Of a stretch of 24,000 nt of DNA, positions 7,976 to 15,907 are shown in pieces. Under the pieces are notes generated by a model. The model saw only the letters and a program-made list of their open reading frames with translations, was not told where the DNA came from and made no database searches. Every line of letters begins with the position of its first letter. The first letter of the stretch is position 1. Origin of the DNA: Anaerosomatales bacterium (GTDB taxonomy: Bacteria; Actinomycetota; Coriobacteriia; Anaerosomatales; Anaerosomataceae); contig JASEEU010000002.1 of the NCBI GenBank assembly GCA_030019445.1, positions 38,995-62,994 of the forward strand. The letters are read 5' to 3'. The translations under genes and the position numbers were made by a program.

Positions 7976-10710
7976 CGCCTCCCGAGGGCCGCTTCGAGCA
8001 CCGTTCGTGCAGCGGGTGCTGCTTCGCGCCCACCCACGCCCGCGTTCTCGAGCACGATCGCCACCGCGACGGTGGGGTTCTCGGCCGGCGCGAACGCGAT
8101 GAACCACGCATGGGTCTCGACGCTCTTGCCGGCCTCGGCGGTGCCCGTCTTGCCTGCCACAGCGACGCCCGGGATCTGCGCGCGCGTCCCGGAGCCCGCC
8201 TGCACGACCCGCACCATCATCTCGGTCACCGTTTCGGCGGTAGCCTCATCGGTGGCTGTCGTCCAGGCCCGCGGCGCCGTCTCGCTCACTACGCGTCCCG
8301 TGCGATCGGTGATGGTGTCCACCACATAGGGTCGCATGACGATGCCGTCATTGGCGATACCTGCCGAGACAAGCGCCATCTGCAGCGCGGTGACCTGGGG
8401 TCCCGGCGGGCTCTCGTGCTCGCCGACGGGCTGGCCGACCCCGGCCCACGCGGTCTCCCACGTCGTCATCTCGTCGGGGTCGGGCATGAGCGACGCCACC
8501 GCCGGCAGCTCAAGTGGCGGCTCGTCGTCGACGCCGAAACGCTCGGCCTGTGCCACGAGGTCGTTCGCGCCGAGGTCGACGGCCAGCTGGGCGAAGACCG
8601 TGTTGATCGAGCTGGCGGTCGCTTTGCGCAGGTCCACCGTGCCGTAGGAGGAGCCGCCGTAGTTGGTGACGGGCGCGCCGCCGATGACGAGTGAGGCCGG
8701 GCCGGGGTAGGTCGTCTCGGGGGTGGCGACGCCCGCTCCGAGCGCTCCGGTGAGCGTCACCACCTTCCAGGTGCTGCCCGGGGGGTAGAGGCTCTGGATG
8801 GCGCGGTTCACGAGCGGAGCCGGCCCGTCCGCGCCTGACAGCGTGTCCCACTGGTCGTCGACGGTCGAGGGGTCGTAGGTCGGGCTCGATGCCATGGCGA
8901 GCACCGCTCCCGTGCGCGGGTCGATGGCGACGCACGCCCCGCGCCGGGCGCCCAGCGCCTGCTCGGCGGCTCGCTGCACCTCGCTGTCGATGGTCAGCCG
9001 CACATCGTTGCCCGCGACCGGCAGCCCGGCGGCGGACTCGATCATGTCGCGCACGGTGGCGAACGCCCGCTTCCCGGCGAGCGCCTCGTTCATCGCGGCC
9101 TCGATGCCCGCCCGTCCGTACCGTGGACTGTAGTAGCCGACGACGTGCGCGGCGAGGCTGTCCGCGGGATACGTCCGGGTGAAGACGTCGCCGTCTGGCA
9201 CCGACTCCGCGAGCACCGTGCCGTCAGCCGCGATGATCGCGCCGCGCTCCTGCCGGAGCTCCGCGGCGAGCGCCCGCGTGTTCGCGGGGTCAGCGGCGAG
9301 CGCGTCGGCGGCGAACACCTGCAGGTATGTGAGGTTGGCGACGAGCGCCACCGTAAGCACGGCGGCCATCCACCCGACGCCGGTCAGACGACGGGAGAGC
9401 GCGAACCTCCCGAGGATCCCGCCACCCGCGCTCGTCTCGAGCGCCTCGCCGCGACCCGTGGCCGCGTCGCCCGCGCGCATCAGGAGCGCGAGCAGCATGA
9501 AGTTCGCGACGATCGACGAACCGCCGTAGCTCACGAACGGGAGCGTGATGCCGGTGAGCGGTATCAGCCGCGTGACACCGCCGATGATGACGAACGTCTG
9601 GAGCGCGAACACGGCGGTCAGCCCCGTGGCGGTGAAGGCCGCCATGTCCGAGCGTGCCCGCGCCGCCGTGGCGAGGCCCCGGAGGCTGAACGTCAGGTAG
9701 GCGATGATGAGCGCTGCCCCGCCGAGAAGACCGAGCTCCTCGCCGATCACCGCGAAGACGAAGTCGGTCTCGACGAAGGGGATGCGACCCGGGAGGCCGT
9801 TGCCGACGCCGACGCCGATCATCCGTCCGGCGCCGAGGGCGAACAGCGACTGCACGAGCTGATAGCCGCGCCCCGCGGCGTCCGCGAACGGGTCGAGCCA
9901 GATCGCGATGCGGTCCTGCACGTGCCCGAAGAGCAGGTACGCGGCGGTCGCCCCGACGGCGAAGAGCCCGCCGCCCACCACCACGTAGCCGGGCCGCCCC
10001 GTGGCGACGTACGCCATCACGAGGAACATGCCGAAGAACAGCAGGCTGGAGCCGAGGTCTTTCTCGGCCACCAGCACGACGAGCGAGAGCAGCCACATGA
10101 AGACGAGCGGCCCGAGGCGTCGCGCGGGCGGCACCCAGAGCCCGAGCACTCGGTGCGTGGAGACGGAGAGCACCTCGCGGTTCTCGGCCAGGTACGCGGC
10201 GAGGAAGAGGACGATGAGCACCTTGGCGACCTCGGCGGGCTGGAAGGACATACCCGCGAAGCGGAGCCAGAGCTTGGCGCCGTTGACCTCGACGCCGATG
10301 AGCGCGGGCAGCACGAGGAGCACGATGCCGAGAAGCGCGACGGTGTACTTGTAGCGCGCGACGCGCTCGAGCGAGGGCACCGCGGCGAGGACCGCGACCA
10401 TCACGATGACGCCGAAGAAGACCCAGCGTGTCTGCCCGGCGGCGAGTTCGGCGTCGAGCCGCGTCATGAAGGCGAGGCCGACGCCGCACAGCAGGAACGT
10501 GAGGGGGAGGAGCACGGGGTCGGCGCCGGGCGCGAGGAAGCGGGAAGCGACATGCGCGGCCACGAAGGAGAGCAGGAGCCCCCCGCCGACGATGAGGTCG
10601 GCCGCGCTGAGCGTGGAGTCGCCGGTCGCGTGGACGAGCGCGAACAGCAGCAGTACCGCGGGGGCGGCCGCCAGCAGGAGCGCGAGCTCTGTATCGCGAC
10701 GTGAACGCAC
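7972..10710 (-). CDS. rodA-pbpA: Fusion protein: SEDS glycosyltransferase (RodA/FtsW family) + class B penicillin-binding protein transpeptidase (PbpA-like)
   Basis: - **N-terminal half:** about 10 TM helices with SEDS motifs (FQPAEVAKV, EKDLGSSLL, ETDFVFAVIGEELG, LPFVSYGGSS).
- **Junction:** a linker followed by a retained TM anchor (VGWMAAVLTVALVANLTYL).
- **C-terminal half:** a PBP dimerisation region and a transpeptidase with SxxK (STWK), SxN (SIN) and KTG (KTGTA).
- **Start:** GTG 10710 is preceded by AGGAG with a 5-nt spacer, immediately after the pstP stop. It is preferred over ATG 10797, which would overlap pstP by 77 nt and add an Arg/Pro-rich leader. Confidence 0.9.
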   Translation of the reverse strand: MRSRRDTELALLLAAAPAVLLLFALVHATGDSTLSAADLIVGGGLLLSFVAAHVASRFLAPGADPVLLPLTFLLCGVGLAFMTRLDAELAAGQTRWVFFGVIVMVAVLAAVPSLERVARYKYTVALLGIVLLVLPALIGVEVNGAKLWLRFAGMSFQPAEVAKVLIVLFLAAYLAENREVLSVSTHRVLGLWVPPARRLGPLVFMWLLSLVVLVAEKDLGSSLLFFGMFLVMAYVATGRPGYVVVGGGLFAVGATAAYLLFGHVQDRIAIWLDPFADAAGRGYQLVQSLFALGAGRMIGVGVGNGLPGRIPFVETDFVFAVIGEELGLLGGAALIIAYLTFSLRGLATAARARSDMAAFTATGLTAVFALQTFVIIGGVTRLIPLTGITLPFVSYGGSSIVANFMLLALLMRAGDAATGRGEALETSAGGGILGRFALSRRLTGVGWMAAVLTVALVANLTYLQVFAADALAADPANTRALAAELRQERGAIIAADGTVLAESVPDGDVFTRTYPADSLAAHVVGYYSPRYGRAGIEAAMNEALAGKRAFATVRDMIESAAGLPVAGNDVRLTIDSEVQRAAEQALGARRGACVAIDPRTGAVLAMASSPTYDPSTVDDQWDTLSGADGPAPLVNRAIQSLYPPGSTWKVVTLTGALGAGVATPETTYPGPASLVIGGAPVTNYGGSSYGTVDLRKATASSINTVFAQLAVDLGANDLVAQAERFGVDDEPPLELPAVASLMPDPDEMTTWETAWAGVGQPVGEHESPPGPQVTALQMALVSAGIANDGIVMRPYVVDTITDRTGRVVSETAPRAWTTATDEATAETVTEMMVRVVQAGSGTRAQIPGVAVAGKTGTAEAGKSVETHAWFIAFAPAENPTVAVAIVLENAGVGGREAAPAARTVLEAALGRR

Positions 10711-10720
10711 CCGGGCTCCT

Positions 10721-11824
10721 CTACTGGTCGGCGCCTGGCGTCGTCTCCGAGGCGGCCTCGGCCTGACGCCGGTACTCGTCGACGAGCTCGTAGGCATCGG
10801 TCAGGCTGTCGGCGCGCACACCGACGCGCAGTCGCGCGGCGGTGATGGGGTCGAGCACGTCGGTCGGGATGCTCGTGAGCGTGGACCGCCAGTGCAGGCT
10901 GACGCCGGCGAGCTCGCCGGGGACGCCCTCGTAGACGGCGAGGTAGCCGCTCTCATCGATGACGTATGCCTGGGCGCGGGCGTAGGCGTAAGCGCCCCAT
11001 GCCGCTCCGCCGATGAGCGCGAGCGCGGCGAGGACCCACAGCGCGCGCGCAGCCCAGCCGCGACCGGCGCCCGGCTCACCGCGACCGGGCTCCGACCCCG
11101 CCGGGTCGGGGGCGATCTCGGCCACCACGACGGTGATGTTGTCCTGACCGCCCGCCGCGTTCGCCACCGAGATGAGCCGGTCCACCGCCTGGTCCGCGGT
11201 CTCCGACTCGCCGAGGATCCGCTCGATGTCGGGGTCGCGCACCATGCTCGTCAGGCCGTCCGTGCACAGCAGCAGGCGGTCGCCGGGGCTGGCCTGGACC
11301 TCGTAGGTGTCGGGCAGCATGTTGGGGTCGCTCCCCAGCGCGCGCGTGATCACGCTGCGGTTGGGATGGTGCCGCGCGTCCTCCTCGGTGATGGTGCCCT
11401 GACGGATCATGTCCGCCATCATCGAGTGGTCCTCGGTCAGGCGCTGCAGGCTGCCGAGGTGCAGCAGATAGGCGCGCGAGTCTCCGACGTGGGCGATCAC
11501 GATGCGCGTCCCGTCGATCATCGCGGCGGTCAGGGTGGTGCCCATCCCGCTGCGCCCGCGGCCGCTCTCGGCGGCCTGGATGACGGCGGCGTTCGCAGCC
11601 CGGACCGCGCGCGCGAGCGCCTTGGGGTCGGCGGCGCGCGGCGCCTGATCGGCGAGCACGTCGACGGCGATGCCGCTCGCGATCTCGCCGGCCTGGTGCC
11701 CGCCGAGCCCGTCGGCTACCGCCAGCAGCGGCGGGGCGAGCAGGTACGCGTCCTCGTTGCCCGAGCGGGAGCGGCCGACGTCGGTCCCGCCGGCGTACGG
11801 GTCGGCGTGTCGCCGGGCCGTCAC
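10721..11824 (-). CDS. pstP: PP2C-family Ser/Thr phosphatase PstP with a C-terminal TM anchor and small extracytoplasmic domain
   Basis: PP2C motifs are present: RSGNEDA, VADGLGGH, LCTDGL and GGQDNITVVV. The TM helix is ALWVLAALALIGGAAWGAYAYA. The GTG start overlaps the fhaB stop as GTGA. Confidence 0.92.
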   Translation of the reverse strand: MTARRHADPYAGGTDVGRSRSGNEDAYLLAPPLLAVADGLGGHQAGEIASGIAVDVLADQAPRAADPKALARAVRAANAAVIQAAESGRGRSGMGTTLTAAMIDGTRIVIAHVGDSRAYLLHLGSLQRLTEDHSMMADMIRQGTITEEDARHHPNRSVITRALGSDPNMLPDTYEVQASPGDRLLLCTDGLTSMVRDPDIERILGESETADQAVDRLISVANAAGGQDNITVVVAEIAPDPAGSEPGRGEPGAGRGWAARALWVLAALALIGGAAWGAYAYARAQAYVIDESGYLAVYEGVPGELAGVSLHWRSTLTSIPTDVLDPITAARLRVGVRADSLTDAYELVDEYRRQAEAASETTPGADQ

Positions 11825-12240
11825 AGCCGGACCACTTTCAGCTGGTTGGCGCCGAGCTCGATCACGTCGCCCACGCGTGCCGGCATCGGGCGCTGCGCAG
11901 CTTGGCCGTTCACGAGCGTCCCGTTCGTGGAGCCGAGGTCCTCGACGATGGCGCCGTCCCCGGACGGGCTGATGCGGCAGTGCAGCGAGGAGACGAAGTC
12001 ATCGGCGATCACGAAGTCCGCGTCGGGAGACCGGCCCACCACGAGCGGACCGGCGAGCGGGAGCGTGACGCCCTTGATCTCGCGGGGCCCCCGGACGACC
12101 GCGACACCCAGTCCGGACGGCGCCTTCGCGGCGCCGCCGCGCTTGACCACGCCGATGCCCGCCCGGATCGCCGCGAGCAGGAACAGGTAGAGGAGCCCGA
12201 GGAGGAGGATGCGCCCGAAGAGCAGGATCACCTCGGCCAT
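11821..12240 (-). CDS. fhaB: FHA-domain membrane protein FhaB/FipA-like
   Basis: An N-terminal TM helix (ILLFGRILLLGLLYLFLLAAI) is followed by a C-terminal FHA domain (VVGRSPDADFVIADDFVSSLHCRI ... DLGSTNGTLVNG). The start is 3 nt after the fhaA stop. Confidence 0.86.
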   Translation of the reverse strand: MAEVILLFGRILLLGLLYLFLLAAIRAGIGVVKRGGAAKAPSGLGVAVVRGPREIKGVTLPLAGPLVVGRSPDADFVIADDFVSSLHCRISPSGDGAIVEDLGSTNGTLVNGQAAQRPMPARVGDVIELGANQLKVVRL

Positions 12241-12243
12241 GGC

Positions 12244-12969
12244 TCAGCCCCTCGGTTCGTGGAAGACGAGGCGCGTCACGCCGATCTCGACCACGTCGCC
12301 ATCGCGCAGCCGCGCCCGTGTGACCGGCTTGCCGTTGAGCCGTGTCCCGTTCGTCGAATCAAGGTCCTCGATGGCCCAGCCGTCCTCCAGGCGGATGAAC
12401 GCGGCATGCCGTCGCGACGTGTTGGCGTCCTGCAGGCAGATCTGGCACTCGGCCAGTCGCCCGACGACGACCTGGTCACCGCGGAGCGCGACGTCGTGGG
12501 CCACATCGCCGACGGTCACTGTGGCGAGGTCGGTCGCCGCCGTCACCGTGCGCTCGGCGCGCGCGGTGAACGCGTCGTCCAGGCCCAGGTCGTCATCGAT
12601 CTCGGGCGTGTCGGTGGCGGCCACCCGGAAGCGGCCGAGGCGCAGGCCGGGGTCTGCCGAGAACTCCACGCGGGGCTTCTCGGTCAGGTGATAGCCCCGC
12701 TCGCGCGCATGGTCGACGAGGTAGGTGGCGAGCTCGCCGGCGAGGGTGTCGGCGAACCGGCCGAACTGCGTCGCGTCGTCGCGGGAGAGCACGACGCGGT
12801 AGCGCACCGGCACGTAGACGCGGTCGACGCCGACCATGCGTCCGTCATCCATCGCGCGGGAGAGCGCCTTGGCGAGTTCGGCGGGCTGCACGGGCGAGCG
12901 GAACGCGCCCGCGAACAGGCCCTCGATCGCCGCGCCGACCCGATCTTCGAAGTCCGAGAGAATGCCCAT
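12244..12969 (-). CDS. fhaA: FhaA-like protein: DUF3662/FhaA N-terminal domain + C-terminal FHA domain (short-linker form)
   Basis: The N-terminus MGILSDFEDRVGAAIEGLFAGAFRSPVQPAELAKAL matches the FhaA_N pattern. The C-terminal FHA domain reads VVGRLAECQICLQDANTSRRHAAF ... DLDSTNGTRLNG. Confidence 0.86.
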   Translation of the reverse strand: MGILSDFEDRVGAAIEGLFAGAFRSPVQPAELAKALSRAMDDGRMVGVDRVYVPVRYRVVLSRDDATQFGRFADTLAGELATYLVDHARERGYHLTEKPRVEFSADPGLRLGRFRVAATDTPEIDDDLGLDDAFTARAERTVTAATDLATVTVGDVAHDVALRGDQVVVGRLAECQICLQDANTSRRHAAFIRLEDGWAIEDLDSTNGTRLNGKPVTRARLRDGDVVEIGVTRLVFHEPRG

Positions 12970-13006
12970 GTCCGTCCCGGGAGTCGCGTGCTCGTCCAGT
13001 GCTCCG

Positions 13007-13015
13007 ATGATACCA
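13007..13015 (-). promoter_or_regulatory. Candidate extended -10 element (TGGTATCAT) for the fhaA operon
   Basis: It reads TGGTATCAT on the minus strand in the 94-nt gap upstream of fhaA, about 38 nt before the ATG. No good -35 is present. Confidence 0.3.
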
Positions 13016-13063
13016 ACACTCGAGCCCGGCTACCCGTCCGCGTAACCGGTCCGTGGCCGCACG

Positions 13064-14755
13064 TCACTCGCCGCGCGTCGGCGGACCCGCCGCGATCACC
13101 GCCGCGAGGAGCATCGCGCTCGCTCCCGCCGACACGAGCGCCTCGTCGACATCGAACGCCCCTCCGCCCGCGAGCGTCTGCCAGCCGAGGTAGCCGAGGC
13201 CGAGCGCCGCCGCGCCGAGGACGATGCCGGCGACCGCCCCGCCCCGCGTGCCGCGTGCGCACAGCAGCGACGCGATCGCGCCCGCGCCCGCCCAGGCGAG
13301 CGCCGCGACCAACGGCCCGACCGCAAACAGTCCCCGCAGGTTGGCGGCCATGATGGCGCCGTCCCAGGGCGCCGAGAAGAACGCGGGATCGACCGCCAGG
13401 TACGGGGCCCTGCCGCCGGTGGCCGCGGACGCCGCCATGAGCGCGACCGCCGACGCGGCGCCGGACACCGCCGCGCGCGCCGGCCCGAACACGTAGCCGG
13501 CCAGAAGCGGTGCGGCGAGCCCGAGGCGGGCGACGCCGAGAGCGGGCGCGGTGGCCGGCAGGAGGGAGTCGCCCTCGCCGCGCCGCCCGGCCCATGCCCA
13601 GACGGCGCCGGCCATCACGAGGAAGACGATCCCCCCGGCCAGGTCCGTCGCGAACAGCCCGGCGGCGAACGCACCAAGCCCGAGCGCAAGGCCGAGCGCG
13701 GGCACGATCGCCGCGGCGAGGGCCACGAGCGCCGTGGCGCCGAGCAGGGCCGCCTGCTCAAGGGAGAACGCGCCCAGGCCCGCCCACGCCAGCCACCCGC
13801 ACAGCGCAGCCGCCCACGCGCGGCGGGCGACGGGCGCCCATCGGGCGAGCCGGTCCCACAGGCCGAGCCCGGACGCGCCGGGCTCGAAGCCGCCGTCCTC
13901 CTCGGCAGCGAGCGATGAGACGAGCTCGGCGAGCGATTCGCGCCCCGCCTCGGCATCGCCGAGGTGATCGAGCAGCGCCGCCGCGAACTCCGTCGCGGAC
14001 TGGTAGCGCTCCTCGGGCTCGGGGGCGAGCGCGGCGAGCAGCACCGTGTCGATCCCGGGCCCGAGGGAGGGCTCGAACTCGGACGGGGCGGGCATGTCCG
14101 CGTGCTCGATGCGGAAGAGCGACCCCTCGGCGCTCTCGGAGTCGAACGGCAGCGCGAGCGTCAACGCCTCATACGCGAGCGCCGCGAACGCCCACTCGTC
14201 GGTCCGCTCGTCGACGGGCTCGCTGCGGATCTGCTCGGGGGGCATGTAGCCGATGGTGCCCGCGAAGCTGCGGGCACGGCCGGTGACGTCGGTGAGCGCA
14301 GCCACGCCGAAGTCGGCCACCTTCACCCGTCCGTCCCGGGTGATGAGGACGTTCTGCGGCTTGATGTCGAGGTGCAGCACGCCGTTCTCGTGCGCGAACC
14401 CGATGGCGCGCGCGAGCGCCCCCACGACGGCCGCCGCTTCGTCCGCGTCGAGCGGCGTGTCGATAGCGTCGAGCAGCTCCGCGAGCGAGAGGCCGTCGAT
14501 GTGCTCCATGACGAGGTACGCGGCGTGCTCGTCGGAATCCCACTCGTGCACGGTGACGATCTCGGGGTGGTTGAGCATCGCCGCGGTGCGCGCTTCGGCC
14601 AGGCCGGCAGGCTTCGCCTTCGTGCCGAGGGGCAGTCGCTTGATGGCGACGCGGCGCGCCATGCGCGTGTCGAAGCCGAGGACGACGGTGCCGTGACCGC
14701 CGGCGCCGAGCTCGGCCAGCGGGCGGTATCGGTCCAGGATAAGCGGCTCTTCCAC
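13064..14755 (-). CDS. Hanks-type Ser/Thr protein kinase with a polytopic (about 8-9 TM) C-terminal membrane domain
   Basis: The kinase motifs are intact: GAGGHGTV, VAIKRL, HLDIKPQNVLI, VADFGVA and GTIGYMPPE. The C-terminal ~290 aa are Ala/Gly/Leu-rich with many hydrophobic helices and no PASTA or other soluble sensor. GTG 14755 is preceded by GAGGAG. Confidence 0.9.
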   Translation of the reverse strand: MEEPLILDRYRPLAELGAGGHGTVVLGFDTRMARRVAIKRLPLGTKAKPAGLAEARTAAMLNHPEIVTVHEWDSDEHAAYLVMEHIDGLSLAELLDAIDTPLDADEAAAVVGALARAIGFAHENGVLHLDIKPQNVLITRDGRVKVADFGVAALTDVTGRARSFAGTIGYMPPEQIRSEPVDERTDEWAFAALAYEALTLALPFDSESAEGSLFRIEHADMPAPSEFEPSLGPGIDTVLLAALAPEPEERYQSATEFAAALLDHLGDAEAGRESLAELVSSLAAEEDGGFEPGASGLGLWDRLARWAPVARRAWAAALCGWLAWAGLGAFSLEQAALLGATALVALAAAIVPALGLALGLGAFAAGLFATDLAGGIVFLVMAGAVWAWAGRRGEGDSLLPATAPALGVARLGLAAPLLAGYVFGPARAAVSGAASAVALMAASAATGGRAPYLAVDPAFFSAPWDGAIMAANLRGLFAVGPLVAALAWAGAGAIASLLCARGTRGGAVAGIVLGAAALGLGYLGWQTLAGGGAFDVDEALVSAGASAMLLAAVIAAGPPTRGE

Positions 14756-14805
14756 GGCGCTCCTCGGCAGCGGGTCTCACCGCGATTGTACGCGACCCGC
14801 GCGCC

Positions 14806-14834
14806 TTTACGCTTCCCACCTGCGGTGCTACTAT
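14806..14834 (+). promoter_or_regulatory. Candidate sigma70-type promoter for tRNA-Leu (TTTACG - 17 nt - TACTAT)
   Basis: -35 TTTACG is at 14806-14811 and -10 TACTAT at 14829-14834, with a 17-nt spacer. The -10 ends 14 nt before the mature tRNA 5' end. Confidence 0.45.
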
Positions 14835-14848
14835 TCACTCTCGCACAC

Positions 14849-14934
14849 GCGGGTGTGGCGGAATGGCAGACGCGCATGGTTCAGGTCCATGTGGGGGCAA
14901 CCCCGTGAAGGTTCAACTCCTTTCACCCGCACCA
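14849..14934 (+). tRNA. tRNA-Leu (anticodon CAG), class II with long variable arm, CCA encoded
   Basis: The acceptor stem is GCGGGTG/CACCCGC. The anticodon arm is CATGG-TTCAGGT-CCATG. The variable arm is TGGGGGCAACCCCGTG and the T-loop is TTCAACT. Total length is 86 nt. Confidence 0.93.
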
Positions 14935-14943
14935 CAGACGCAC

Positions 14944-14969
14944 AAAGGGCTCCCCTCGGGGAGCCCTTT
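14944..14969. terminator. Bidirectional terminator hairpin (AAAGGGCTCCCC-TC-GGGGAGCCCTTT)
   Basis: A perfect 12-bp stem flanked by an A-run and T-run. It lies between the tRNA-Leu 3' end (14934, +) and the FKBP stop (14998, -). Confidence 0.75.
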
Positions 14970-14997
14970 CGCGTACTGCCGGGAGCGGCGGGCGGCG

Positions 14998-15423
14998 CTA
15001 CGCCTCCACGACCTCCACGAGCTCGACCTCGAACGTGAGGTCCTCGCCCGCGAGCGGGTGGTTGAAGTCGAGCGTCACCATCTCGTCCTCGATCGCCGAG
15101 ACGACCGCCGGTATGCGGTGGCCGTCGGGCGTGGGGACCTCGACCATGATGCCGACGGTCGGCTCCGCCGCGAAGGCGGACATCGGGACCTGCTGGACGC
15201 GCGCGTCGACCCGCTCGCCGTAGGCATCGGCGCAGGCGACCGTGAACGTCGCCTTCTCGCCGGCCTCGAGGTCGCTCACAGCGCTCTCGAAGCCCGGGAT
15301 GACCTGGCCCTCGCCGAGCACGAACTCGAGCGGGTCGCGGCCGGCGCTGCTGTCGAACTCGCTGCCATCGTTGAGCGTGCCCTTGTAGTGCACGCGGACG
15401 GTATCGCCGTTCTTGGGTTTCAT
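14998..15423 (-). CDS. FKBP-type peptidyl-prolyl cis-trans isomerase, SlyD/FkpB-like (with IF chaperone insert, no His-rich tail)
   Basis: The sequence VRVHYKGTLNDGSEFDSS ... LEFVLGEGQVIPGFE is followed by an insert, then DFNHPLAGEDLTFEVELVEV. ATG 15423 is preceded by GGGAGG and is preferred over the track start at 15468. Confidence 0.88.
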   Translation of the reverse strand: MKPKNGDTVRVHYKGTLNDGSEFDSSAGRDPLEFVLGEGQVIPGFESAVSDLEAGEKATFTVACADAYGERVDARVQQVPMSAFAAEPTVGIMVEVPTPDGHRIPAVVSAIEDEMVTLDFNHPLAGEDLTFEVELVEVVEA

Positions 15424-15601
15424 AGGGAATGCCTCCCACTGGGATCGCTTCCGGACACGTCCTACCACTGTACATCACCGGTCAAATGTGACGCTTCGAT
15501 GACGCGCTCTTCCCATGCGTCCGCTGCGCTCGTTACGATTCGCGCTCGCACATCGAAATCGGTGTCATCAGACACCGCCGAGAAGAGAGAACGAGCACAG
15601 G

Positions 15602-15877
15602 ATGACGCGGGAGATCGCAAAGAAGAACCTTGAGCGGGCCGTCACGCTGTTCGGCCTGGTCAGCCCCATGACCGCCGCACCTCAGCTGTACCAGATCTGG
15701 GCGCAGCACCAGGTGGGCGGGCTCTCAAGCGTCACCGTCGGCTCGGCGCTCTTCATGTCGCTGCTCTGGACGACGTACGGTCTGCTCAACCGCCAGGCGC
15801 CCATCTGGATGGTGAACGGCGTCTGGGCGGGACTCAACGGCGCCACCCTCGTGGGCGTCCTCCAGTTCGCCGCGTAG
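15602..15877 (+). CDS. SemiSWEET / PQ-loop-like small 3-TM membrane protein (paralog 1, 91 aa)
   Basis: It has a PQ motif in TM1 (TAAPQLYQIW ... GGLS) and then WTTYGLLNRQAPIWMVNGVWAGLNGATLVG. This matches the SemiSWEET pattern PQ-x13-S ... WxxYG-x7-P-x4-N. The start at ATG 15602 is supported because both paralogs have exactly 14 residues before a shared RAV. Confidence 0.65.
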   Translation: MTREIAKKNLERAVTLFGLVSPMTAAPQLYQIWAQHQVGGLSSVTVGSALFMSLLWTTYGLLNRQAPIWMVNGVWAGLNGATLVGVLQFAA

Positions 15878-15907
15878 CCTCCACGCGCAGCCGCGCCACT
15901 CCACCGT

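Noticed and set aside
7976-8107. N-terminal extensions of several track ORFs: 7373..8107, 10711..10797 of the SEDS-PBP ORF, 15424..15468, 15515..15601, 15906..15986, 17785..17955 and 4488..4541.
   Set aside because: Each extension overlaps a neighbouring gene or is Arg-rich junk. In every case an internal start with a good Shine-Dalgarno gives a protein that begins where the homologous family normally begins.
9145-10704. Long antisense ORFs opposite well-supported genes. Examples: 9145..10704 + (519 aa), 10406..12190 + (594 aa), 11902..13353 + (483 aa), 2565..3923 + (452 aa), 18957..20813 + (618 aa), 15954..17096 - (380 aa), 12684..13595 - (303 aa) and 13510..14286 + (258 aa).
   Set aside because: These are typical GC-rich shadow ORFs. 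Their products are Arg/Asp/Glu/His/Gly/Pro-rich and low in complexity, with no recognisable motifs. They have no Shine-Dalgarno. Each lies opposite a gene with unambiguous domain signatures.
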